A stretch of DNA of 64,000 bases from positions 264,178-328,177 of the forward strand of contig JALHPE010000001.1 of the NCBI GenBank assembly GCA_022842645.1. The letters run 5' to 3'. A program made the translations under genes and the position numbers. Under the pieces are notes generated by a model. The model saw nothing but the letters and a program-made list of their open reading frames with translations. It was not told the origin of the DNA and made no database searches. Shown in pieces: positions 43,697 through 52,043 of the stretch. Origin of the DNA: Minisyncoccota bacterium (GTDB lineage Bacteria > Patescibacteriota > Minisyncoccia > Phycocordibacterales > UBA2100). The first letter of the stretch is position 1. Each line of letters begins with the position of its first letter.

Positions 43697-45166
43697 ATGC
43701 GTCTGATGAAGCTTGAAGTGCCTCAAATCGTACATGATGTGCACGCGCGCCTCAGAGAAGCTGGTTTTGAGGCATATCTAGTCGGTGGATGTGTGAGAGA
43801 CCTCCTACTCGGGCGCATTCCTAAAGATTGGGACATCACTACAAACGCAACTCCCGAACAAATTCAACCTTTGTATGATGAAACGTTTTACGAGAATGCG
43901 TATGGCACCGTGGGAGTTGTCACTGAGTCTGACGACCTAAAACTAAAAGTCGTAGAGATAACGCCATACCGAACCGAAGGGAAGTACTCAAACGCCCGAC
44001 ACCCTGACGAGGTGGCGTGGAGCACAAACCTCTCCGACGATCTAAAGAGGCGTGATTTCACCATAAACGCGATTGCATATGATCCCGTATCTGAAACTAT
44101 TGTCGATGAACATGGGGGAAAAGAAGATTTAGAGCGTAAAACACTAGTTGCCGTGGGAAATCCGGAGGATCGTTTTGCTGAAGACGCACTTCGAATGCTC
44201 CGCGCAGTGCGCCTTGCCGCGGAACTTGATTTTGCGCTCGATGGCGCTACCGCTGCAGGAATAGCCCTGCATGCGGGAAAACTCGCCGACATATCTCGAG
44301 AGCGCGTGCGCGATGAGTTTATACGAACACTCGAGAGTGACCGCCCAATGCAAGCGCTTTATGTGGCTCAAAAACTAGGTATTTTGAAGCACATCATTCC
44401 TGAACTGGAAGAGGGGATTGGGTGCGAACAAAATCAAGCGCACTCATTCGATGTGTTTGAGCACCTTCTGCGAGCCATGCAACATGCTGCAGATGAAAAA
44501 TGGCCGCTTGTGGTGAGACTTTCAGCACTCCTCCACGACGTTGGAAAACCCGCCACAAGAAAGTGGTCGGATGAAAAGAAAGATTGGACATTCCATGGAC
44601 ACGACGTCGTAAGCGCGCGTATGGCGCGAACAATACTTGCGGATCTACGTATATCCAAAGACCTCGCTCAAAAAGTGGAGTCCCTCGTGCGATGGCATAT
44701 GTTCTTCTCGGATCCCGACACCATCACACTTTCTGCGGTTCGCAGGGTCATAACGCGCGTAGGAACCGAGAATATCCAGGATCTTCTTAAGCTCAGGGTG
44801 TGTGACCGAATTGGCACAGGACGCCCTAAAGCACATCCATTCAGGCTTCGTAAGTACATGTCCATGGTAGATGAAGCAATGCGCGATCCGATATCCGTGA
44901 GCATGCTAAAAGTGAACGGGGAAGATATACAAAAAATGGGGGAGAAGCCTGGGCGTCGCATAGGATGGGTTCTTCATGCACTTCTTGAAGAAGTGCTCGA
45001 AGACCCTACAAAAAACACAGCCGAAGCCCTTACGGAGCGCGTACAGGTACTACTCTCACTCCCCGATAAAGAATTGCAGGATCTCGGGGAAGCGGGGAAA
45101 GACCGAAAAGAAGAGGAGGAGAAAGGGGTGGTAGCGGAACTGCGCAAGAAACATCACGTACGTTAA
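43697..45166 (+). CDS. cca: CCA tRNA nucleotidyltransferase with HD domain
   Basis: GGCVRDLLLGRIPKDWDITT polymerase head motif. HD domain (LLHDVGK). Full length. Confidence 0.9.
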   Translation: MRLMKLEVPQIVHDVHARLREAGFEAYLVGGCVRDLLLGRIPKDWDITTNATPEQIQPLYDETFYENAYGTVGVVTESDDLKLKVVEITPYRTEGKYSNARHPDEVAWSTNLSDDLKRRDFTINAIAYDPVSETIVDEHGGKEDLERKTLVAVGNPEDRFAEDALRMLRAVRLAAELDFALDGATAAGIALHAGKLADISRERVRDEFIRTLESDRPMQALYVAQKLGILKHIIPELEEGIGCEQNQAHSFDVFEHLLRAMQHAADEKWPLVVRLSALLHDVGKPATRKWSDEKKDWTFHGHDVVSARMARTILADLRISKDLAQKVESLVRWHMFFSDPDTITLSAVRRVITRVGTENIQDLLKLRVCDRIGTGRPKAHPFRLRKYMSMVDEAMRDPISVSMLKVNGEDIQKMGEKPGRRIGWVLHALLEEVLEDPTKNTAEALTERVQVLLSLPDKELQDLGEAGKDRKEEEEKGVVAELRKKHHVR

Positions 45167-45555
45167 GGCGGAAAAAATACCAAAGACAAAAGCCGTCCTG
45201 GTGTAATGTACGAAGACTTTCGTACGTCGCACCAAGACGGCTCTGCTTTCTCGCTCACGCAAATAGGTTTTTGTGGTTCAAAGTACTTTTTCCAAGGTGT
45301 AAGACCGCTCTGCTTGTCTCACTTATATGGGTGTACCTGTTTTTACCAACTTACCTCTAAAGAACACGGATGCGAGTCTACCAGGTACGCTGTACCTGAT
45401 TTTTTAGTCGATAGGCGAGAGATTTATTTCCCTGGTTACCTCTTCCTCCTTGTCGAACTATATGAGCACGAAGCTCACTAGGGGTAATAGTATATGTATA
45501 AAGGACGGTGTAAAGGACGCGCTGTGGATAACTATGTCCTTTACAAAATATGGCT

Positions 45556-46350
45556 CTAAACAAGCTCGATTGAGACAGGGCAGTGATCTGAGCCTAAAAT
45601 ATCGGGGTGTATTCGCGCGTGTTTTACTCGTTTCTTTAGAGTACTGCTCACGAAAAAGTAGTCTATTCTCCAACCAACATTTCTGGCGCGGGCATTTCCA
45701 AAATTACTCCACCAAGAATAGTGCCCGTTACCCTTGGTAAACATCCTGAACGTGTCCACAAACCCCGCATCAATAACTCTGTCGATACCGGCTCGTTCCT
45801 CTTTGGTAAAACCATGATCGCCTTCGTTGGCCTTGGGGTTAGCCAAATCTTCTGGGGTATGCGCGACGTTCAAATCCCCACAGAAAATGACCGGCTTTTT
45901 GCGCTCGAGCGCCTTGCAATATGTGAGGAATGCGGGATCCCAGCCCTTCTCCCTAAGGGGAAGTCGGCTAAGGTCCGGCTTTGCATTGGGAGTATAGACA
46001 TTCACGACAAAAAAATCTTTAAATTCAGCAGCTATAACCCTACCCTCGGCATCTGGATCGCCATAGCTATCAGTCAGCCGAAACTTCTGTCGTACGTCCT
46101 CTGGAAAACCAAAAAGTACCGATTGAGGCTCGTGTTTCGTGAAAATCGCAGTCCCGCTATAGCCCTTCTTTCGAGCTGAAGAATGCCAATACTCCTCATA
46201 GCCGGGAAGATCAATCTCAATCTGCCCCTTCTCTGCTTTTGTCTCCTGGAGGCAAAGAATGTCCGGTTTCAGGGTTTCAAGGGCAGGAGCAAGCAGGTTT
46301 TTCCTCACAACGGCTCGAATACCATTCACATTCCACGACACGAGTTTCAT
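45556..46350 (-). CDS. xth: exodeoxyribonuclease III
   Basis: Full-length ExoIII/APE similarity (MKLVSWNVNG, LQETK, GDLNVAH, SDHCPV). Confidence 0.9.
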   Translation of the reverse strand: MKLVSWNVNGIRAVVRKNLLAPALETLKPDILCLQETKAEKGQIEIDLPGYEEYWHSSARKKGYSGTAIFTKHEPQSVLFGFPEDVRQKFRLTDSYGDPDAEGRVIAAEFKDFFVVNVYTPNAKPDLSRLPLREKGWDPAFLTYCKALERKKPVIFCGDLNVAHTPEDLANPKANEGDHGFTKEERAGIDRVIDAGFVDTFRMFTKGNGHYSWWSNFGNARARNVGWRIDYFFVSSTLKKRVKHARIHPDILGSDHCPVSIELV

Positions 46351-46392
46351 GACCGCATCATATCAAATTGGGCGCTTTATCTTTTCTCTCAC

Positions 46393-47310
46393 TTACACTT
46401 TTCGCTTCCCATGGAAATTACGGTGGATCTCGCGGAGGTGTTTGTCGGTGACGTGGGTATAGACCTGGGTTGTTGCAATGTTTGCGTGCCCCAAAAGCGC
46501 CTGTACCGAGCGGAGATCGGCGCCATTTTCTAGAAGATCAGTTGCAAATGAGTGACGAATCGTGTGCGGCGTCACTTTGCGAGTAATACCTGCCTTCACT
46601 GCATATTGCTTCACAATGTATTGCACCGAGCGTGAGGTAAGACGCTTTTTGTCCGCCCCTTTTCCACTGGTGCCGCCGCGACCATATCCAACAAAGAGGG
46701 CCTCACCCATGTCTCCTCGTTTTTTGAGGTAGTCAGCCACCGCACTCTTCGCAGAGGGGGACAGAAACACCACACGCACCTTTTCCCCCTTCCCGCGCAC
46801 CGAAAACTCATCGCGTGAAAGGTCAATATCGGCGTTCAGGGAACAGAGCTCCGAGACGCGCAATCCTGTCGAAAAAAGAAGTTCGAGAATTGCTCTGTCA
46901 CGGAGGGCTTGTAGGGATTCTCCCGAAGGACCCTTCATGAGGCGGCCCAGTTCAGCGCTCGTAATAAGATCGAGGTCGCGCCCACCCACCTTCGCAAGCT
47001 CTATGCGCTCGGGGGAGAGGGATTCAATACCTTGCTTCCGCATGTATTTAAGAAAGGCGCGTAAGGCAATGAGGTAATAGTTCTGGGTCTTTTTCTTCAT
47101 AGAACCCGCCACCCCTGGCTCACGGTTGAGCCAAATGCGGAATTCACGGACGACGGGCTCCGTGAGCTGTGCAGGAGTTTTAACCTTGGTTCTCTCAAGA
47201 AATCGAGAAAGATACCGGTCATAATTTTCAACCGTTTTCACCGAACGCCCTTTTTCGATCTCACAGTATTCGAGAAACTGTGTTTTTAGGCTTTTGAGAT
47301 CTTGTGCCAT
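46393..47310 (-). CDS. xerC: tyrosine recombinase XerC/XerD family
   Basis: N-terminal SAM-like domain. Catalytic R...HxxR...Y pattern (ELLFSTGLRVSE, HTIRHSFAT, QVYTHV). Confidence 0.85.
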   Translation of the reverse strand: MAQDLKSLKTQFLEYCEIEKGRSVKTVENYDRYLSRFLERTKVKTPAQLTEPVVREFRIWLNREPGVAGSMKKKTQNYYLIALRAFLKYMRKQGIESLSPERIELAKVGGRDLDLITSAELGRLMKGPSGESLQALRDRAILELLFSTGLRVSELCSLNADIDLSRDEFSVRGKGEKVRVVFLSPSAKSAVADYLKKRGDMGEALFVGYGRGGTSGKGADKKRLTSRSVQYIVKQYAVKAGITRKVTPHTIRHSFATDLLENGADLRSVQALLGHANIATTQVYTHVTDKHLREIHRNFHGKRKV

Positions 47311-47346
47311 TGAAATAAATTATACCTTTCATTTCGCACAATATTT

Positions 47347-48102
47347 CTACACCAAAGGCCACAGGTTCTTGAATACCTCCCGTTGGTCGTTCGCAAGCGT
47401 CGCGTCATGGATTTCCACAAGATAGAAGGGGTGTTTGCGTGTATTTATCATACACACATAATCGCCAGTAACCCATGTAGTCGATAGGAAACTATCTGTT
47501 TTATCCCAAAATTTTATCGCACGTCTCGGATACTTGCCGCTTAGCTTGGTTTCCGCCTCCGAACGATTACTCAAGAGCTTGAGCGAGATATCAGTGGGCG
47601 CTTTTTTCCACTGCCAATCGATCCAATCGCGGAAATGTTCGACAAAGGTATGGTCCTGGAAACCGAACCATGAAGAATGCGTCGCGAGCATACTTTTCCA
47701 CCACAGCGGCGTCTGTTTAAAGAGGAACTGTTCGATCTTATCTTCCTCGATGAATCGGATCTGCGGAACCGGATATGTTTTTTGGGCAGTCGCGCGCGAG
47801 AGTTCGACAGAAAGTTCCTTGAACATATTCTCGCGCGCAGCAAATTTCATGCGCTCATCTGCAATAAGAGCATCAATCTCTTTCGGGGAAGCAAGCGAAA
47901 AAGTACGCGGTCGCTTTGTCGAATTCTCTACAAGCAATCCTTTCTCCGAAAGGGAGCGGGCGATGCTATAGGCGGTAGTACGCTTGATGCCGGTCATCTT
48001 TGAGAGGGCGACGGGCGTGACTTCGGGGACCTTGAGAAGAGCGCGATAAACTTTGAGCTCTCTCCCAGCGAGACCGAGGGAAGCGATAATCTTTTCGTTC
48101 AT
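47347..48102 (-). CDS. TrmB-family transcriptional regulator
   Basis: N-terminal wHTH (LGLAGRELKVYRALLKV...VALSKMTGIKRTTAYSIARSLSEKGLL) typical of TrmB-like regulators. Confidence 0.65.
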   Translation of the reverse strand: MNEKIIASLGLAGRELKVYRALLKVPEVTPVALSKMTGIKRTTAYSIARSLSEKGLLVENSTKRPRTFSLASPKEIDALIADERMKFAARENMFKELSVELSRATAQKTYPVPQIRFIEEDKIEQFLFKQTPLWWKSMLATHSSWFGFQDHTFVEHFRDWIDWQWKKAPTDISLKLLSNRSEAETKLSGKYPRRAIKFWDKTDSFLSTTWVTGDYVCMINTRKHPFYLVEIHDATLANDQREVFKNLWPLV

Positions 48103-48218
48103 GTGAACATCCTATCCTGTTGTCGAATACTTGTCAACATTTGTCCGTCAAATATTGACAAATAACTGATTCGCGCTACTATACAGCTAGTTGCAATCGA
48201 TTCAAGGGAGAGAATCTA

Positions 48219-48686
48219 ATGTCGGATCTATTTAAGCCATCGGAAGCAACGCCAGAAGCCCTTGGACGGCTCGTGCTGGAACGGGCGCTAATTAAATGGG
48301 GCACGTGCAATGTAGTGGCAATCGCGAAGCAGATCTGTATCTCTCCGACAACAATGAGCGGTATACTTGCGGGTCGCTTTCCGGGTGAGCCTTCGAAGAA
48401 TACGGCCCAGGCGCATCGCAAGTTTAAAGACGGACGTCTCGCAACTCTCACGAAGGTGTGCGACGCTCTCGAACTTGACTTGGATGCATGTATTGCCGCG
48501 TGCGGACTCGAGCGAGACGATCGCGTCATTCTGATAGCCAAAAACTCGACTGCACAGGGGCATTTTGTTCTTGTTCGCGCAGATCTTGAAATGCTGTTAG
48601 AGATCGTCGACAGGACAGGGTCGCTTCCGATCAATGTTGTCGTCCACCTTGTGAAACTGCTTCGCGACCACAAAGACGCGTCGTAA
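48219..48686 (+). CDS. XRE-family helix-turn-helix protein
   Basis: HTH segment VVAIAKQICISPTTMSGILAG. AAGGGAGAG SD upstream. Confidence 0.55.
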   Translation: MSDLFKPSEATPEALGRLVLERALIKWGTCNVVAIAKQICISPTTMSGILAGRFPGEPSKNTAQAHRKFKDGRLATLTKVCDALELDLDACIAACGLERDDRVILIAKNSTAQGHFVLVRADLEMLLEIVDRTGSLPINVVVHLVKLLRDHKDAS

Positions 48687-48761
48687 TGACTTGGGGGCAA
48701 TTTCGGTTGCCCCTCTTCTTCAGTCGCGAAATCATTTCGCGACTGAAATGGAGGAACGAAC

Positions 48762-49166
48762 ATGATGCAGTGCTTTGTGTTCAAGCCTGACTATCTTGCC
48801 ACCCACTACCATGCGGGTTCCGGCGACGCGCAGTGCTTCTACCTTCCACCATTCAATATTTCCGAACTCCACTCGGCGATTGCCAAGGATGGAGGAAGAA
48901 TGATTGCGCGACACGGCAGGATCGAGGTAACGAGTCAGGATGACGAACTGCATGCTCATCCAGGCCTGACGTTCGTAACGATCGTTGCTGGCTCCGGAGT
49001 GTTTAGGACCGCTGAGGGCGACCATAAAGTGCGAGCAGGCGACAAACTCATCATTCCGCCGAATGTGCTCCATCTGAGCGTCGCCGACACTCACACAACA
49101 ATGATCGAAGATATCGTCTACATTGGGGCTGAGTATGATGTGCAGTCTATGGTTCCTTTCGTGTAA
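48762..49166 (+). CDS. cupin domain protein
   Basis: Cupin motifs (HAHPGLTFVTIVAGSGVF...GDKLIIPPNVLH). GGAGGA SD upstream. Confidence 0.6.
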   Translation: MMQCFVFKPDYLATHYHAGSGDAQCFYLPPFNISELHSAIAKDGGRMIARHGRIEVTSQDDELHAHPGLTFVTIVAGSGVFRTAEGDHKVRAGDKLIIPPNVLHLSVADTHTTMIEDIVYIGAEYDVQSMVPFV

Positions 49167-49208
49167 ACGATGAAGTGTTTTGGGTCAACCTCAGGAGGTT
49201 GACCCAAT

Positions 49209-50354
49209 TTATTTCAAGTATTTCCTCCTCTTCAACTTCTCCGGCAGATAACTTTTGGTGTCATACATTTTGTACCCCTCACCGTATTTCAAATCTTTCA
49301 TTAGTTTCGTAGGGGCGTTACGAATGTGGAGCGGAATAGGGAGGTTCCCGTGTTTTTTTACGTCCTCGAGTGCGGCAAAGATCCCGTCATACGCGCGACG
49401 GTCTTTTTTACACTGTGCGAGATAGACGACGCCGTGCGCAAGGTTAATGGTAGCTTCGGGGTAGCCGATTGATCGCACTGCTTCAAAAACCGCATTCGCA
49501 ACGACAAGCGCCGTTGGTTGTGCGAGCCCCACATCCTCACTCGCAAAAATAACCATGCGCCGTGCAATGAATTTTGCGTCCTCCCCCGCATCCACCATTC
49601 GTGCCAAGTAATAAAGCGCGGCATCCACCTGCCCAGCGCGCATTGATTTAATAAATGCGGAAATGGTGTTGTAGTGCTCCTCACCCTTCTTGTCGTAGCG
49701 CAAATGCTTTGACTGCACCGCCTCTTTCAGAGTCTCAACAGAAATCTTCCCATAAAGCCTTTGCGCTGTTTCTAACACCGTTATTGCCTGTCGAGCATCT
49801 CCTCCAACCATCTGCAAAAGCCATGCCCGCGCATCTTTCGGCACTTTGAGCTTCGTGCGCACAATTATTTTCTCCATTTCGCTCTCAGAGAGTTCGTTCA
49901 ATACGAATACTCGACAGCGAGAGAGGAGGGGAGCAATAACCTCAAACGAAGGATTCTCGGTCGTCGCACCAATAAAGGTGACGTCGCCGCGCTCCACAAA
50001 GGGAAGAAGGTAGTCTTGCTGTACCTTATTGAACCTATGAATCTCATCAACAAAAAGGATGCGCGGCTTCTGTGAGAGAAGTCCACTCCGCCCGCCAACC
50101 ACCTTCCGCACATCATCCTTGCCCGCTTCCACTGCAGAAAGCTCGAAAAAATCCGCACTGAGGGCATGTGCGTAAATACGTGCGAGCGTCGTCTTTCCAC
50201 TCCCCGGAGGCCCCCACAAAATAAACGAGAAGAGTTCTTTCTTTTCTATCGCAACACGTATTGGTTTCCCCGCGCCGGTAAGATGCTCCTGCCCCACATA
50301 CTCACGGAGAAGTTGGGGGCGAATACGAGAGGCGAGAGGTTCGCTCATGCACAA
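49209..50354 (-). CDS. rarA: replication-associated recombination protein RarA/MgsA (AAA+)
   Basis: Walker A GPPGSGKTTLAR, Walker B FVDEIHRFNK, MgsA C-terminal helical domain. Confidence 0.9.
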   Translation of the reverse strand: MCMSEPLASRIRPQLLREYVGQEHLTGAGKPIRVAIEKKELFSFILWGPPGSGKTTLARIYAHALSADFFELSAVEAGKDDVRKVVGGRSGLLSQKPRILFVDEIHRFNKVQQDYLLPFVERGDVTFIGATTENPSFEVIAPLLSRCRVFVLNELSESEMEKIIVRTKLKVPKDARAWLLQMVGGDARQAITVLETAQRLYGKISVETLKEAVQSKHLRYDKKGEEHYNTISAFIKSMRAGQVDAALYYLARMVDAGEDAKFIARRMVIFASEDVGLAQPTALVVANAVFEAVRSIGYPEATINLAHGVVYLAQCKKDRRAYDGIFAALEDVKKHGNLPIPLHIRNAPTKLMKDLKYGEGYKMYDTKSYLPEKLKRRKYLK

Positions 50355-50416
50355 ATTATATGCTTCTCCCCAGGAAGTGCAGTTGCCAAAACAGTATGAG
50401 TGTGTACCCTTACGGA

Positions 50417-50944
50417 ATGCAGACTAAACTCATTGGCATAATCGTACTTATCATTCTTTTAGCAATCGGTGGTTATTTCGTGTGGGGATGGATGGCGCCA
50501 AGTGATACAACCACAGCATCAACAGACAACACAGGGACACCTAATCCAAATCTCCCACAAGTAGAGGGGCAAGATGTAACGGTAGGCACAGGCGCAGAAG
50601 CTACACCCGGCTCGATCGTCTCTATTCTCTATGTTGGTATGCTCGAGGACGGAACCGTCTTCGACAGCTCGGCAAACAATAACAATCAGCCTCTTGTGTT
50701 CCAACTCGGAGCAGAGGGCATCATCCCCGGGTTCCAGATTGGAGTAAACGGTATGAAAGAGGGTGGCGAGCGCCGTATCTCCATCCCATCCGAACTTGGG
50801 TATGGCGGTGAGGGCGTAAAGGACGCAGCTGGCACTCAAATCATCCCCGGAAATGCGAAACTTGTTTTCGATGTCCGCCTCGTGAAGGTTGAACCAGCTC
50901 CCGCAGGCACTCCTTCAGCACCAGGAGCCCCGGCAAGTAATTAG
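50417..50944 (+). CDS. membrane-anchored FKBP-type peptidyl-prolyl cis-trans isomerase
   Basis: N-terminal TM helix then FKBP domain (VTVGTGAEATPGSIVSILYVGMLEDGTVFDSS...GFQIGVNGMKEGGERRISIP). Confidence 0.8.
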   Translation: MQTKLIGIIVLIILLAIGGYFVWGWMAPSDTTTASTDNTGTPNPNLPQVEGQDVTVGTGAEATPGSIVSILYVGMLEDGTVFDSSANNNNQPLVFQLGAEGIIPGFQIGVNGMKEGGERRISIPSELGYGGEGVKDAAGTQIIPGNAKLVFDVRLVKVEPAPAGTPSAPGAPASN

Positions 50945-50980
50945 CTTGCTAGAAGCAAGGGAATGTGCTATCATTCCCGA

Positions 50981-51247
50981 ATGCTCACAAAGCGGAAGAA
51001 GCAGAATGAAATCTCAAAAGTTTCCCGTCACGATACCGATACGGGCTCTCCTGAGGTGCAGGTCGCTATCCTCACGCGCCGTATTGAGGAACTTTCCCAG
51101 CATTTGGACAAAAATCGCAAGGACAAGAGTTCGCGTCGAGGCCTTCTTGGCCTTGTTGCCGACCGCCGCAAGCACTTGAAGTATCTCGAGACGAACAATA
51201 AGCGCGCCTACAGCGCCCTTACGAAGAAGCTTGGGCTCAAGAAGTAA
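50981..51247 (+). CDS. rpsO: 30S ribosomal protein S15
   Basis: DTGSPEVQVAILT...HLDKNRKDKSSRRGLLGLV canonical S15. Hairpin GGGAAT-GTGCTATC-ATTCCC ends 3 nt before the ATG. Confidence 0.9.
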   Translation: MLTKRKKQNEISKVSRHDTDTGSPEVQVAILTRRIEELSQHLDKNRKDKSSRRGLLGLVADRRKHLKYLETNNKRAYSALTKKLGLKK

Positions 51248-51320
51248 CGCTTTTCTCCTTTGTTAGCTATACTAGGAACAGTCGGTTCCTTAGTTTTTAT
51301 ATTTGTTAGTTTATTTTTAT

Positions 51321-51908
51321 ATGTCTATTATCAAACATCCCGAACAGCGTGTTGCCGTTTTTATCGACACACAAAACCTCTATCACAGCGCAAAGAATCT
51401 TTATCATTCGCGCGTTAACTTTGGGAACGTCCTCAAGGACTCTGTAGCCGGGCGACGTCTCGTACGCGCCCGCGCCTACTCGGTCACCACAGAAAGCGGT
51501 GAAGAAAAAGCGTTTTTTGAAGCCCTCGGCAAGGTAGGAATCGAAATGATCACCAAGGACCTCCAGGTCTTCTACGGCGGCGCGAAGAAAGCCGACTGGG
51601 ATGTCGGGCTCGCAGTAGATGCGATTACTGCCGCTCCGAAAGTGGATACCATCGTGCTTGTGACCGGCGACGGCGACTTTGTGCCTCTTGTTGAATACTT
51701 GCAGATGCACAGCGGATGCCAGGTAGAAGTTGTTTCCTTCGGGCGATCAACCTCATCCAAACTCAAAGAAGCCACCGACGATTTCCTCGATCTCGACGAC
51801 GAACCCCGCCGCTACCTTCTTGGATTTCGTGGGGGACGACGCGGTTCCTTCAAACCGCAAGATTCTGATGGAAGCCAAGGAGAAGCAGAGACCGTAGAGC
51901 TCGAATAA
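51321..51908 (+). CDS. NYN domain (LabA-like) protein
   Basis: RVAVFIDTQNLYHSAKN and IVLVTGDGDFVPLVEYL motifs of the NYN/LabA nuclease-like fold. Confidence 0.8.
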   Translation: MSIIKHPEQRVAVFIDTQNLYHSAKNLYHSRVNFGNVLKDSVAGRRLVRARAYSVTTESGEEKAFFEALGKVGIEMITKDLQVFYGGAKKADWDVGLAVDAITAAPKVDTIVLVTGDGDFVPLVEYLQMHSGCQVEVVSFGRSTSSKLKEATDDFLDLDDEPRRYLLGFRGGRRGSFKPQDSDGSQGEAETVELE

Positions 51909-52043
51909 GAACAGCCCCACACGGGGCTGTTCTTACGCTGAAATACTGATATAGTCTTGGTATTATCATCATCGCCGGATAGGTAGTTCTCAAGAAGTGC
52001 TTGAGACCTAAAATCCGGAGGTGTAACAAATGTTCTCGACTAT

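Noticed and set aside
43203-43744. ORFs 43203-43460 (+), 43447-43635 (+, TTG start) and 43451-43744 (-)
   Set aside because: They overlap tRNA-Gly(GCC), the RNA-like element A and tRNA-Arg(UCG), and have no protein-like features.
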